Source: an uncultured Candidatus Saccharibacteria bacterium
Lineage (GTDB): Bacteria > Patescibacteriota > Minisyncoccia > Phycocordibacterales > UBA1006
DNA: 64,000 nt
NCBI GenBank assembly: GCA_964350165.1
Contig: CAYGJA010000001.1
Span: forward strand, 174,545 to 238,544
Reading direction: 5' to 3'
Positions 19,109 through 31,576 of this stretch are shown piece by piece (position 1 is the stretch's first letter; every line of letters starts with the position of its first letter). The notes beneath the pieces were generated by a model. That model did not search any database. It had not been told where the DNA came from and saw nothing but the letters and a program-made list of their open reading frames with translations. The position numbers and the translations under genes were made by a program.

Positions 19109-22100
19109 ATGCCCAAACCATTCGTACACCTGCATACTCACTCTCACTATTCCCTCCTAGACGGACTTTCTAAAATCCCCGAACTAGTAAAGCGCACCAA
19201 AGAACTGGGTATGACCGCCCTGGCCCTCACCGATCATGGAGCCATGTATGGCGCTATCGAATTCTACAAAACCTGCAAAAAAAACGATATTAAACCCATC
19301 ATTGGTGTCGAAGCCTATGTTGCCCCTCGTACTCGCCACGACAAAGAGCACGGTATCGACAACAAAATGTTCCACCTGACCCTCCTGGCCAAGAACAATA
19401 CTGGTTACAAGAACCTCATGAAGGCCGTGTCCCAGGCCAACATGGAGGGTTATTATTACAAACCCCGCATGGACAAAGAAACCCTGAAGAATTTTAGCGA
19501 AGGCGTGATTTGTCTCTCGGGCTGTCCAGGCAGTGAATTTGTTCAATTACTAAAAAAAGGTAAAAACCAAGAAGCCCGCGATCTCATCCAATTCTATATT
19601 GACACCTACGGACGCGAGCACGTTTTTATCGAACTCATGAAGCACGACGAAGTCGAATGGTACACCCCGCTTGCCCCCGAAATCCTAGCCATCGCCAAAG
19701 AATTTGATCGACCCGTAGTGGGTACCTGGGATTCGCACTATCTCCACGCTGATGATAGCGAGGCTCATGACACTCTGCTGGCCATCAACACCAATAACAG
19801 CAACTTTAAATTGGATGGTGATTACCACCTCCTGTCTCCAGACGAAGCGCATCAAGTTTTTTCTGAATTTCCTAATATCGCCGCCAACACGCAGCTGGTG
19901 GCCGACATGGTCGATATTGAACTAGAGCTCGGTAGCTGGAACTTTCCCAGGTTCGAAGTCGAAGAGGGCAAAACCCACGCCCAGGTTTTGCGCGAAGAAG
20001 TCTATGCCGGCGTAGAGTGGCGCTATGGAGAACTGAACGACACCATCAAAGAGCGCATCGATTTTGAACTCGACGTAATCGAATTCAAAGGCTTTCCGGT
20101 GTACATGCTTATTGTGGCCGACCTTTTGAAATTTGCCCGTGCCAATCAAATCCTCACCAATATTCGTGGATCGGTGGCGGGGTCTATCGTTACGTATCTC
20201 CTCGGGGTAACCAACGTCGATCCGCTGGCGCTCAAGCTCCCTTTTTCTCGGTTCCTGAACAAAGAACGACCAACGGCTCCAGATATCGACATGGACTTTG
20301 CCGATGACCGACGTGATGAGGTAATTGATTATGCTCGGCAAAAATACGGCCATGCTGCTGTGGCGCAGATTGGAACTTTTGGAAAAATGCTTGCTCGTGG
20401 AGCCGTGCGCGATGTAGCCCGAGCCCTAGGTTATCCTTATGATGTTGGCGACAAAATATCCAAACTCATTCCGCCTGGTGCTCAAGGCTTTCCCATGACG
20501 CTCGAGCGTGCTCTCAACGAATCACCCGAACTCAAAGAGCTTTATGACGCCGATCGTCCTAGCCGAGAAATCGTCGAAATGGCCAAAAAACTAGAAGGCT
20601 GTGCTCGGCATATTTCTGTTCATGCTGCTGGAGTAGTTATCTCGCCCACCACCGCCGACGATTACACCCCTATCCAATTCGATCCCAAGGGAGGAAAGAT
20701 TATTACCCAGTACGACATGCACGCCGTCGAAGATGCGGGACTTATCAAGTTCGACTTTCTGGGAATTAGAAACCTCGCCATCCTGGCTGATGCCATTCGT
20801 CGCGTGAAAAAAATCCGTGGCATCGAAGTAGACGTCGAAGCCATTCCTCAAGACGACCGCCGCACGTTCGAAATGCTTGCTCGTGGCGAGACCATGGGAG
20901 TGTTTCAGCTATCTGGAGGAGGCATGACCAAATACCTCATGGATTTGCGGCCGACCCAAATCACCGATATCAACGCCATGGTGGCGCTGTATCGACCGGG
21001 GCCACTGGAAATGATTCCGGAATATATTCGACGCAAGCAAAACCCGCACCTAATCAAATACCTTGACCCACGAATGGAAAATATTCTAGATCAATCCTAT
21101 GGGGTTATTACCTACCAGGATGACGTGATGCTTATTGCCATCGAACTCGGTGGCTATTCTTGGCTCGAAGCCGACAAGCTCCGCAAAGCCATGGGTAAAA
21201 AAATCCCCGAACTCATGGAGGAGCAAAAGAAAAAACTTGCCGCCGGACTGCTCGAGCGAGGCATGAGTGAAAAAAAGATTGCCGAACTGTGGTCGTTGAT
21301 CGAACCTTTTGCCGCCTATGGATTCAACAAAGCCCATGCGGCTAGCTATGGCTTGCTAGCGTATCGTACCGCCTACATGAAAGCCAACTTCCCTCAGGAA
21401 TACATGAGTGCCATCATGACCGCCGAATCAGGAGACCTGGAAAAAGTATCTGAAGTCATTACCGAATGTCGCCGCATGGGAATGGATATCATGCCACCGG
21501 ATATCAACGAATCATTTTCAGACTTTACCGTTGTTCTGGCAGAACCAGAAAAGGTCGACATGGATCAAGTAGCCGAACGATCAAAAGGCGTCTATCGAAA
21601 AACTGAAAGCGGTTTGGTGATTACCCATCGCATTCGCTTTGGATTAAAAAATATAAAAAACTTCGGTGAAGAAATTGGAAAAATAATCATTGAAGAACGA
21701 AAGAAAAACGGAAAGTTCAAATCCATCGAAGACATGCTCGAGCGTGTCCAACACCGGAACCTCAATCGCAAATCTCTCGAAGCACTTATTCTCTGCGGAG
21801 CTTTTGATTCTCTTCATCCCAATCGCGGCGAACTATTGGCCAATGTCGAAGCCATGCTGGCTTTTAATCGGTCATTCCGACAACAAAACGAAGATCAGAT
21901 TTCTCTTTTTGGCGGACTCGACAGCGCACCCCAAGCCAAGCTCTCTCTGGTACCAGCCGAACCAATCAACCCAGACCAAAAATTAAAACACGAAAAAGAA
22001 CTTCTCGGCCTGTATGTATCTGGCCACCCGTTAGACAAGTTCAAAGAAAAATTAGCTAAAAGCGGCGTCACCGTAAAAAAAGTCCGCGAACAAGGGCGCA

Positions 22101-22351
22101 CCGACCAGACGCTTATTTTTGGAGCCATCATTTCAGAATCCAAAACCATCCTGACCAAAAAACAAGAACGCATGGCCTTTCTCACCCTCAGTGACCATAC
22201 CGGTTCTATCGAAGCCGTCGTATTCCCTCGCACCTACAAGGAATTCCACGAAATTCTCGAACCCGACACCTGTATTGTGGTCAAAGCCAAAGTCTCTGAC
22301 CGTAACGGCGAGAAAGGCTTTATTTGTGAAAAAATAAAATTGTTGGAATAG
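19109..22351 (+). CDS. dnaE: DNA polymerase III alpha subunit
   Basis: PHP motif HLHTHSHYSLLDG, RGS, PDIDMDF, YGFNKAH, C-terminal OB fold. Confidence 0.98.
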   Translation: MPKPFVHLHTHSHYSLLDGLSKIPELVKRTKELGMTALALTDHGAMYGAIEFYKTCKKNDIKPIIGVEAYVAPRTRHDKEHGIDNKMFHLTLLAKNNTGYKNLMKAVSQANMEGYYYKPRMDKETLKNFSEGVICLSGCPGSEFVQLLKKGKNQEARDLIQFYIDTYGREHVFIELMKHDEVEWYTPLAPEILAIAKEFDRPVVGTWDSHYLHADDSEAHDTLLAINTNNSNFKLDGDYHLLSPDEAHQVFSEFPNIAANTQLVADMVDIELELGSWNFPRFEVEEGKTHAQVLREEVYAGVEWRYGELNDTIKERIDFELDVIEFKGFPVYMLIVADLLKFARANQILTNIRGSVAGSIVTYLLGVTNVDPLALKLPFSRFLNKERPTAPDIDMDFADDRRDEVIDYARQKYGHAAVAQIGTFGKMLARGAVRDVARALGYPYDVGDKISKLIPPGAQGFPMTLERALNESPELKELYDADRPSREIVEMAKKLEGCARHISVHAAGVVISPTTADDYTPIQFDPKGGKIITQYDMHAVEDAGLIKFDFLGIRNLAILADAIRRVKKIRGIEVDVEAIPQDDRRTFEMLARGETMGVFQLSGGGMTKYLMDLRPTQITDINAMVALYRPGPLEMIPEYIRRKQNPHLIKYLDPRMENILDQSYGVITYQDDVMLIAIELGGYSWLEADKLRKAMGKKIPELMEEQKKKLAAGLLERGMSEKKIAELWSLIEPFAAYGFNKAHAASYGLLAYRTAYMKANFPQEYMSAIMTAESGDLEKVSEVITECRRMGMDIMPPDINESFSDFTVVLAEPEKVDMDQVAERSKGVYRKTESGLVITHRIRFGLKNIKNFGEEIGKIIIEERKKNGKFKSIEDMLERVQHRNLNRKSLEALILCGAFDSLHPNRGELLANVEAMLAFNRSFRQQNEDQISLFGGLDSAPQAKLSLVPAEPINPDQKLKHEKELLGLYVSGHPLDKFKEKLAKSGVTVKKVREQGRTDQTLIFGAIISESKTILTKKQERMAFLTLSDHTGSIEAVVFPRTYKEFHEILEPDTCIVVKAKVSDRNGEKGFICEKIKLLE

Positions 22352-22368
22352 TTTATATGCACCAAAAC

Positions 22369-22403
22369 TATTACTAGAAGAAGTAGGTCCTCTTCTAGTA
22401 ATA
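22369..22403 (+). terminator. 13-bp perfect hairpin between dnaE and thrS (terminator or operator)
   Basis: TATTACTAGAAGA-AGTAGGTCC-TCTTCTAGTAATA. Confidence 0.5.
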
Positions 22404-22449
22404 AGAAGGCTTTTTTGCTACATTTGATAAGTTAATTAACTTTTTGCGT

Positions 22450-24189
22450 ATGGAAGAACAAGACAAAATCTATGCTATCAGGCACTCACTCGCGCACTTA
22501 CTGGCTTCGGCCGTGCTTGACCTCTACCCCAACGCAAAACCCACCTTGGGACCCCCCGTCGAAAATGGCTTTTATTATGACTTTGACTTTGGCGATGACA
22601 AAATCACCGACGAGGATCTAAAAAAAATACAAAAAAGAATGCGCAAGAAATTGTCTTCTTGGCATGATTTTGTTCCAGCAGAAAAAACCGTAGCCGAGGC
22701 TCGTGATTTTTTCCAAGACAACCCATACAAACTAGAAATCATTGACGATATCGAGGCCGCTGGTGAAGTTATCACTTTTTATACTTCGGGCGACTTTATC
22801 GACCTGTGTCGTGGCGGGCACGTGAACGACATGGCTGCTGAAATTAGTGCCGACATGTTCCAACTCGACAAAATCGCTGGCGCCTATTGGCGTGGTGACG
22901 AAAACAACAAAATGCTGACTCGTATTTATGGGCTCGCTTTTGCCAGCAAGGACGAGCTTGACGCTTATCTCACCCAACGCGAAGAAGCCAAAAAACGAGA
23001 TCATCGCAAACTGGGAAAGGAGCTCGACCTGTTTACTTTTTCTGATCTAGTCGGACCCGGATTACCATTGTTCACCCCCAAAGGAACCCTGTTTCGAGAA
23101 CTGGTGGTGGATAAAATTCAAAACATCCAAAAAAATCTTGGTTACCAAAAAGTAGCAATTCCACACATCACAAAATCTGATTTGTATAAAACCTCTGGAC
23201 ACTACGACAAATATGGCGATGACTTGTTCAAAGTAAAAGGTCGAGGAGAGACAGAATTCTGTCTCAAGCCCATGAACTGCCCTCATCATACACAAATATA
23301 CGCCTCTCAACCGCGCAGCTACAAAGACCTGCCCTTGCGATACATGGAAGCAACAACCGTCTACCGAGACGAGCAAGCAGGAGAACTTCTAGGTCTTTCT
23401 CGTGTGCGCAGTATCACCCAAGATGACGGGCACGTATTCTGTCGACCAGACCAAATAGAGCAAGAAGTAAAGAACGTGATTTTTGTTATCAAAGAATTCT
23501 ATTCATCATTGGACATGCTACACGATGATAAGTATTGGGTATCGCTTTCTGTCCGAGATCCGAAAACACCAGAAAAATACCTCGGCGACGCAGCGGTCTG
23601 GGATGCAGCCGAGAAAACTCTAGAAAAAATATGCCAAGAAGAAAAACTAAACTATAAAAAAATCGAAGGCGAGGCCGCGTTCTACGGACCAAAAATTGAT
23701 TTCCAATTCAAAGACGCAATTGGTCGCGAATGGCAACTCGGTACCGCCCAGCTAGATTTCCAAATGCCCGCGCGTTTTAGTCTCGAATACACTGATTCGG
23801 ACGGAAGCAAAAAAACGCCCGTCATGATTCACCGTGCCGTCGCCGGTAGTCTCGAGCGATTTATGGCAGTGGCTATCGAGCACTTTGCTGGAGCGTTCCC
23901 TACCTGGCTGTCCCCCATCCAATTAGCCATTGTGCCTGTCAGTGATACGCACCACGAATACGCCGAATCCGTAGCCGAGGAACTCAAAGCAGCCGGTATA
24001 CGCGTCGAATTCCTAGCCGCGAGCGATAGCCTGGGTAAAAGAATCCGATCCATCAAACAAGCCAAAACCCCTTATTGGATTGTAATTGGCGACAAAGAAA
24101 AAGACTCTCAAGTGTTCACACTCGAAAGCTACACTGATCAAAAAAATGAAAACATTACAATAAAGAATATTGCCGAACAGTTACAGTAA
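22450..24189 (+). CDS. thrS: Threonine--tRNA ligase (no N-terminal TGS domain)
   Basis: RHSLAH, DLCRGGH editing motif, KPMNCPHH, GEAAFYGPKID, HRAVAGSLERF. Confidence 0.98.
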   Translation: MEEQDKIYAIRHSLAHLLASAVLDLYPNAKPTLGPPVENGFYYDFDFGDDKITDEDLKKIQKRMRKKLSSWHDFVPAEKTVAEARDFFQDNPYKLEIIDDIEAAGEVITFYTSGDFIDLCRGGHVNDMAAEISADMFQLDKIAGAYWRGDENNKMLTRIYGLAFASKDELDAYLTQREEAKKRDHRKLGKELDLFTFSDLVGPGLPLFTPKGTLFRELVVDKIQNIQKNLGYQKVAIPHITKSDLYKTSGHYDKYGDDLFKVKGRGETEFCLKPMNCPHHTQIYASQPRSYKDLPLRYMEATTVYRDEQAGELLGLSRVRSITQDDGHVFCRPDQIEQEVKNVIFVIKEFYSSLDMLHDDKYWVSLSVRDPKTPEKYLGDAAVWDAAEKTLEKICQEEKLNYKKIEGEAAFYGPKIDFQFKDAIGREWQLGTAQLDFQMPARFSLEYTDSDGSKKTPVMIHRAVAGSLERFMAVAIEHFAGAFPTWLSPIQLAIVPVSDTHHEYAESVAEELKAAGIRVEFLAASDSLGKRIRSIKQAKTPYWIVIGDKEKDSQVFTLESYTDQKNENITIKNIAEQLQ

Positions 24190-24288
24190 TACTTATCTTC
24201 ACCAAAAAAAAACGCCGAACCAATCCTCAAAAGAGGTTAATCCGGCATCATCCCCATTTTCACTTAACGTTTTTCCCATGCCCCTTGG

Positions 24289-24585
24289 CTAGAGTGTCAG
24301 CGAGAGTATGCACCAGAGCACATACTCAACCGCCACGATGGTGCAAAAAAAGATAAACACCTTGTCTTTGTTAGATATGCCGTAACATATCCCAGACAGG
24401 TTTAGTACAGCTATCCCCAGGGGATACCATACTATGTTACCTTCTCCAGCAATCATGACGCTTACGATTTCTTGCAATACCAATACAAACTGTACCGTGC
24501 CTGCAAGATACCGATAGACAAACACTCCAATTCGGACGACCAAAGACAACTTGCCCTGTTCGTCCTTAGCTTTGGAGCTGGTCAT
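24289..24585 (-). CDS. Small hypothetical membrane protein
   Basis: ATG start and about 3 hydrophobic segments. Confidence 0.5.
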   Translation of the reverse strand: MTSSKAKDEQGKLSLVVRIGVFVYRYLAGTVQFVLVLQEIVSVMIAGEGNIVWYPLGIAVLNLSGICYGISNKDKVFIFFCTIVAVEYVLWCILSLTL

Positions 24586-24672
24586 AACGTTAAGTTGTTG
24601 TGACCCAAATCCTGGCGCAAGATCTAGGTCTTGTTTACATAAAGAACTATGCGCCGATCTCTTTTTGTCTTG

Positions 24673-24972
24673 CTATTCCGGTACATCAATATACTCACTC
24701 GAACCGTCAGGAAAATTTACCATGACGTACAAAGATGGGCTGCCAGGAACAGTAGCCACGCCCGAAACATAACCAAAACTTGATGAAGTAGATATTACCC
24801 TCCAGATAATGGTTGCTTTCCCCTCTTTTTCTTTCTCGATTTTCACGATGCTTTTCTCTCCACCGTAAAAGAACGCTAGCTCGTCACCATCAACGAGATT
24901 GACGGTAATGGTTCCCTCCAGCTTCTCGCTTGAAAGAATATTCTGGCTATTCTTTGTTACTTTAATATCCAT
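24673..24972 (-). CDS. Hypothetical protein
   Basis: ATG preceded by an A-rich leader, beta-rich composition, no family recognised. Confidence 0.5.
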   Translation of the reverse strand: MDIKVTKNSQNILSSEKLEGTITVNLVDGDELAFFYGGEKSIVKIEKEKEGKATIIWRVISTSSSFGYVSGVATVPGSPSLYVMVNFPDGSSEYIDVPE

Positions 24973-25125
24973 TCTTTTCTTTTAAATGAAACCCAAAGCC
25001 CAACTACGTGAAGAGCCTCTTTAACCTCAATTAAGACACTCAATGACTGGTTTTTCCAGAAAAGTAACAAAAATATAAAAACCTAACCAAAAAGCTTACT
25101 CCGAAAGTATTTTTTGGAGCTAATT

Positions 25126-25146
25126 GTTGTCACAAATGTTGACAAC
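25126..25146. promoter_or_regulatory. Candidate operator upstream of the TrmB-family gene
   Basis: Inverted repeat GTTGTCA-N7-TGACAAC overlapping a TTGACA hexamer. Confidence 0.55.
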
Positions 25147-25180
25147 TTTTTGATTATCTGTAATTTTTGGGGAGCACGAT

Positions 25181-25945
25181 ATGAATATCAAGGAAATCAA
25201 AAAAGTCTTGGGTGGATATGGCCTCAATGAAAAAGAGGCGGCTTTTTACCTTGCCTCACTAACGCTCGGCGAATCCGGCATGACTGAAATCGCCGAATTA
25301 GCCAAACTCAAAAGACCTACAGCTTACAAAATTTACAAAACCCTTCACGAAAAAGGTCTAATGGGTAATTTTGAAATGCGCTCCGGAGCCAGATTCGTAG
25401 CAACGCAACCACAAGTGCTGGTAAAAAATCTAGAAGACCGCTTGTCAGCCATGCGTGACATCCTACCCGACCTTAGTGCTCTGGACCACAAGACAAAATC
25501 AAAGCCACGGGTGCGTTATTTCCATGGAACTGAAGGATACAAAAATGCCATTGAAGATTCATTACAGAAACCAAACATAACCCTACGGCATATTGGTTCA
25601 CTAAACGAGATCCACAAAATAAAAACCAAAAAATATGATCTCGAATATTACATGCCCAAACGTATCTCTCTGAACATCTTTCTTCGTTCTCTGTATTTCG
25701 GAGACACCGCTTCTGAAGTAAAAGACGTGGAGCAACATAAATTTTTGCGCGATATTCGCTATGTCCCAGATGTATACAAATTCAATAGCGCAACCCTTAT
25801 TTACGAAGACAAAGTAATCATCACCAGTAGTCGCGAAAATCTTATGACACTGATGATCACGAGCGCAGATATTGCCGAAGCAGAAAGAAAAAAATTTGAT
25901 ATTATTTGGAATTTACTTGGACCAAATAGACCACGGAAAATATAG
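25181..25945 (+). CDS. TrmB-family transcriptional regulator
   Basis: GLNEKEAAFYLASL...IAELAKLKRPTAYKIY wHTH, KPRVRYFHGTEG, IYEDKVII. Confidence 0.88.
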   Translation: MNIKEIKKVLGGYGLNEKEAAFYLASLTLGESGMTEIAELAKLKRPTAYKIYKTLHEKGLMGNFEMRSGARFVATQPQVLVKNLEDRLSAMRDILPDLSALDHKTKSKPRVRYFHGTEGYKNAIEDSLQKPNITLRHIGSLNEIHKIKTKKYDLEYYMPKRISLNIFLRSLYFGDTASEVKDVEQHKFLRDIRYVPDVYKFNSATLIYEDKVIITSSRENLMTLMITSADIAEAERKKFDIIWNLLGPNRPRKI

Positions 25946-25960
25946 TGCTATAATTTCTCC

Positions 25961-26149
25961 ATGTTCGAAGACAGTCTCTACAATTTAATGAATCAACTGG
26001 TTCAGGAACAAAAAAGCTTGTGGCGCATAGAGAATTTCTACCTACCACAGGCTGAAGACGAAGAAGAAATTGCCACCTGGGAACGAATCGCTGGTGACAA
26101 GCTAGAACACGTCGAGACTCTTTCCAGAATGATTCAAGAACGAATCTAG
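25961..26149 (+). CDS. Small ferritin-like helical protein
   Basis: YNLMNQLVQEQKSLWRI...DKLEH. Own TG-N-TATAAT 6 nt upstream. Confidence 0.65.
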   Translation: MFEDSLYNLMNQLVQEQKSLWRIENFYLPQAEDEEEIATWERIAGDKLEHVETLSRMIQERI

Positions 26150-26153
26150 TTCT

Positions 26154-28229
<2,076 letters not shown>

Positions 28230-28298
28230 CTAAACTATGGGTTTAGTATAGCACATAAACCACAAATTTCGCGCTATCTTAGCTCTGGCAATTCCCTT

Positions 28299-29957
28299 CT
28301 ATTCTTCTATTGGAGCCAAATATTTCTCAATATCCGCCCTGGTGCCTCCTATTTTTTTGCCTGGATTAAAAATATTTTGTGGATCAAAAATATCTTTAAC
28401 TTCTTTGAATAATTCGTATATTTTTTCTCCATACATATCCCTCAGGTATGGAGTTCTCATGATGCCATCATTGTGTTCGGCGGTGATTGTTCCACCATGC
28501 TCAATAATTAATTGATATATTTTGTCCGCAGCTGGCAGAATCTTGGCTCTCTCTTTTTCATCGTTCAAATCCATAAGAGGAATAATGTGATAATTTCCAT
28601 TACCGGCATGGCCAGCAATATTAGCCTTAATTCCGTATTCTTTTAGGATTGCCAGCATTTTGGGTAAAAATTCCGGCATGCGCTCTGGCAACACAGCAAA
28701 ATCCTCTACAAAAGGAGCTGTTTTTTTACCTTTGACATGCTCACGCAACAAAGCAAAACTTTCGTGACGCATGGTGAGATACTTGGCCATTTCTGGTTCT
28801 TTTTTGAGAATTCGATACCAAACTCGAAATGGCTTGAGAACCTTTTCGATTTGAGTAGTTTTTTTGTCTAGCTCAGCTTCGAAGTCTTCGGCCAATTCAA
28901 TTAACACAATCAGTTTCGGCATCCCAAGCATGCGCACCCCCAAAAAAACTTCGGGCAAAAAACGCAACGCAAACGAAACAAAAGACTCTCCTGCTCGCTT
29001 GGCAACCTGAGGCATAAAGCGAAGACCTAATTTAAGAGTGGCCCTATCGAAAGTTTCGAGAGATTCTGGTCCATACGGAAGCACTGCGTTTACTACGGCC
29101 GGCAAGTCATCCCAGCTTTTGTAAAAAGTAGCAAACATTCTGCGATGTGGTTTTTCGTTCATCAAGCGAATCTTGGCTTTGGTCAACACGCCTAATGTGC
29201 CCTGCGAACCAACAAACAATTGCGACAGGTCAAAAATGCCTTTTTCTTTGTCCCAAACTCGCCACAAAGCATAGCCGGCTGAATTCTTGGATACTTTTGG
29301 TTCCGCGGCCTTAATCAGGTCATAATTATCATCAAGCAAGGCGAACATCTTTCGATAAATATCTCCCTCATGATCTTTTTGGGCTTTCTTTTTCTCAAGA
29401 TCGCTAATCGTCAAAGGACCAAAATGATATAGATTTCCATCAGCCAGCACCATCGAAACCTCATCAACAAAGTCCCTGGTCTGGCCGTAGCGAAGGGTTT
29501 TTTCACCACCAGAATTATTCATGATGATTCCCCCCATCGCCGCCAATCGCTTAGAGGCTGGATACGAAGGAAACGTGATATTTTCTGGTAACGTTTCTTT
29601 TTCAAAGTCTCGATAATAAACACCAGGCTCAACTACCGCCGTCAAATTATCTTCATCGACATTTTCGTGATTGAGATAGCGAGTTGTTCCCAAAATAATA
29701 GAATCATTCAAGGGTCCTCCAGTCATGTCGCTTCCAGCGCTTCGAGCCGTAATAGATAGACCGGGCTGGTTCTTTTTTTCTGCATTCACCCAGGTGACTA
29801 ATTTTTTGATATCGTCCGCATTCTTGGGAAAAATAACCATCTCTGGTACACGCCTAAATAGACTGGTGTCCCGACTATACTCGGCAATAATCTCTCCCGA
29901 ATCCTCTACATCACCCAGTAGTAAATCTTGCAGTTCTTTTTTGTTTATTTTTTCCAT
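28299..29957 (-). CDS. FAD-binding oxidoreductase (GlcD/D-lactate dehydrogenase-like)
   Basis: ARSAGSDMTG, GSQGTLG, GHAGNGNYH, AEHNDG, FDPQNIFNPGK. Confidence 0.9.
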   Translation of the reverse strand: MEKINKKELQDLLLGDVEDSGEIIAEYSRDTSLFRRVPEMVIFPKNADDIKKLVTWVNAEKKNQPGLSITARSAGSDMTGGPLNDSIILGTTRYLNHENVDEDNLTAVVEPGVYYRDFEKETLPENITFPSYPASKRLAAMGGIIMNNSGGEKTLRYGQTRDFVDEVSMVLADGNLYHFGPLTISDLEKKKAQKDHEGDIYRKMFALLDDNYDLIKAAEPKVSKNSAGYALWRVWDKEKGIFDLSQLFVGSQGTLGVLTKAKIRLMNEKPHRRMFATFYKSWDDLPAVVNAVLPYGPESLETFDRATLKLGLRFMPQVAKRAGESFVSFALRFLPEVFLGVRMLGMPKLIVLIELAEDFEAELDKKTTQIEKVLKPFRVWYRILKKEPEMAKYLTMRHESFALLREHVKGKKTAPFVEDFAVLPERMPEFLPKMLAILKEYGIKANIAGHAGNGNYHIIPLMDLNDEKERAKILPAADKIYQLIIEHGGTITAEHNDGIMRTPYLRDMYGEKIYELFKEVKDIFDPQNIFNPGKKIGGTRADIEKYLAPIEE

Positions 29958-30397
29958 AATCCAGCCACAAATTTGTCGAGCCCAAAATACTTACCCGTTT
30001 GGGTAGCCATGATCACAAACAAAGCCGCTATGTATACAATGTGGTCATCAACCAAATAACCGTGCTCTACTAACGGGAAATTTGAAACAGGAAGATAATA
30101 CAGAATCATAAGGACTATCCCACCAAAAGCGGCCACTCGAGAAAACAATCCCAAAATCAGTCCAACTCCGACCAAGAGCAAACCCCATTCGTTAAGAATA
30201 TTTACAATGTCGATAATGCCAGGTTGGGCCAACTTGGCAAAGAAATCAGGAAATGTGTTGGCATTCGTCAAATACCCAGCCGCAGACCAATCTGGATTAA
30301 TTATCTTTGAAAAACCCGCATAAAAAAAGAGCCATCCCAAAGTAATGCGAAGAAAAAACAAGGCGATATTTTGTTTTTGTTGTTTAAAATAATTCAT
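29945..30397 (-). CDS. DoxX-family membrane protein
   Basis: LRITLGWLFFYAGFSK...GLILGLFSRVAA...YFGLD. Confidence 0.88.
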   Translation of the reverse strand: MNYFKQQKQNIALFFLRITLGWLFFYAGFSKIINPDWSAAGYLTNANTFPDFFAKLAQPGIIDIVNILNEWGLLLVGVGLILGLFSRVAAFGGIVLMILYYLPVSNFPLVEHGYLVDDHIVYIAALFVIMATQTGKYFGLDKFVAGLWKK

Positions 30398-30408
30398 ATT
30401 AAAATTGT

Positions 30409-30430
30409 ATCACGACTCTGCTGTCGTGAT
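30409..30430. promoter_or_regulatory. Palindrome between the divergent doxX and pfkB-family promoters
   Basis: ATCACGAC-N6-GTCGTGAT, flanked by minus TACAAT (30409-30404) and plus TATACT (30435-30440). Confidence 0.45.
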
Positions 30431-30469
30431 TTGGTATACTGTATCTGATTTACAGATAATACATCACAC

Positions 30470-31531
30470 ATGGATAACAACGAACAAGAAATAGATTTTT
30501 TGGCAATTGGCGACATCGTCAATGACGACTTTGTAGATCTTCAGGAAGCTCGCGTTTTTGAAGACCGGGACGGTGTCTCCATGTTAGCAATGCGTTTTGG
30601 CGACAAGCTCCCCTACAAAGACAGGGAGCTCATCAAGGGTGTCGGGAATAGCCCCAATGCTGCCACCTCAGCCACACGACTTGGTCTTCGTGCCGGCATT
30701 ATGACTCACGTCGGAGATGATGAGCTGGGACAAGAAACCATTGCAGCCCTAGAAGAGCGCAACGTCAACACAGAATTTGTTACTACAGAAGTTAACAAAA
30801 CCACTAACTATCACTTTGTACTTCGCTGGAAAGCCGAACGAACCATTCTCATCAAACACGAGGCTTACACCTATAATCTGGCCGCCCAAACCGAAGGAAA
30901 ACCTATTCCAAAATGGATTTACTTTAGTTCGGTTGGCGAAGACTCTATTCAATACCATCACGATATTGCTGCGTGGGCAAAAGAAAAAAATATCAAGCTT
31001 GCCTTTCAGCCAGGAACTTTTCAAATCAAGCTTGGCTTCAAGCCACTTCAGGACCTTTATGAAACAACCGAGCTCTTTTTCTGTAACGTAGAAGAGGCAG
31101 AGCGTATCCTGGGACCAGTACTTGGAGATTCAGCAATCGATAGCAACCGAGACAAGAACACCAATAATCGTCAGCAACAGGTTATTTTTCTTCTGCAAGA
31201 AATGCGAAAACTTGGGCCAAAAATAGTCTGTATTACTGACGGACCAGGCGGGGCTTATGCCTATGATGGCGCCGATGCTTGGCACATACCCATGTACCCA
31301 GACCCAGCTCCCCCCGTTGACCGTACCGGAGCTGGAGATTCGTTCAGTAGCACCTTTACTTCGGCTCTCATTCTCGGCAAAGGCCTAGATGAGGCCTTGC
31401 GCTGGGGACCAATCAACTCCATGAGTGTGGTGCAAAAAGTAGGTGCCCAAGCCGGACTACTAGAAAGACAAAAACTAGAAGAGCTCCTAAATACCGCCCC
31501 CGAAGAATACAAAGCAACCAAAATTTTATAA
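30470..31531 (+). CDS. PfkB/ribokinase-family carbohydrate kinase
   Basis: VGDDELG, ITDGPGG, DRTGAGDSF signature. Confidence 0.93.
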   Translation: MDNNEQEIDFLAIGDIVNDDFVDLQEARVFEDRDGVSMLAMRFGDKLPYKDRELIKGVGNSPNAATSATRLGLRAGIMTHVGDDELGQETIAALEERNVNTEFVTTEVNKTTNYHFVLRWKAERTILIKHEAYTYNLAAQTEGKPIPKWIYFSSVGEDSIQYHHDIAAWAKEKNIKLAFQPGTFQIKLGFKPLQDLYETTELFFCNVEEAERILGPVLGDSAIDSNRDKNTNNRQQQVIFLLQEMRKLGPKIVCITDGPGGAYAYDGADAWHIPMYPDPAPPVDRTGAGDSFSSTFTSALILGKGLDEALRWGPINSMSVVQKVGAQAGLLERQKLEELLNTAPEEYKATKIL

Positions 31532-31532
31532 T

Positions 31533-31564
31533 CTAAAAACCCCGGGATACCCCGGGGTTTTTAG
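31533..31564. terminator. Bidirectional terminator
   Basis: CTAAAAACCCCGGG-ATAC-CCCGGGGTTTTTAG between convergent genes. Confidence 0.85.
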
Positions 31565-31576
31565 TGGCCCAAAATA

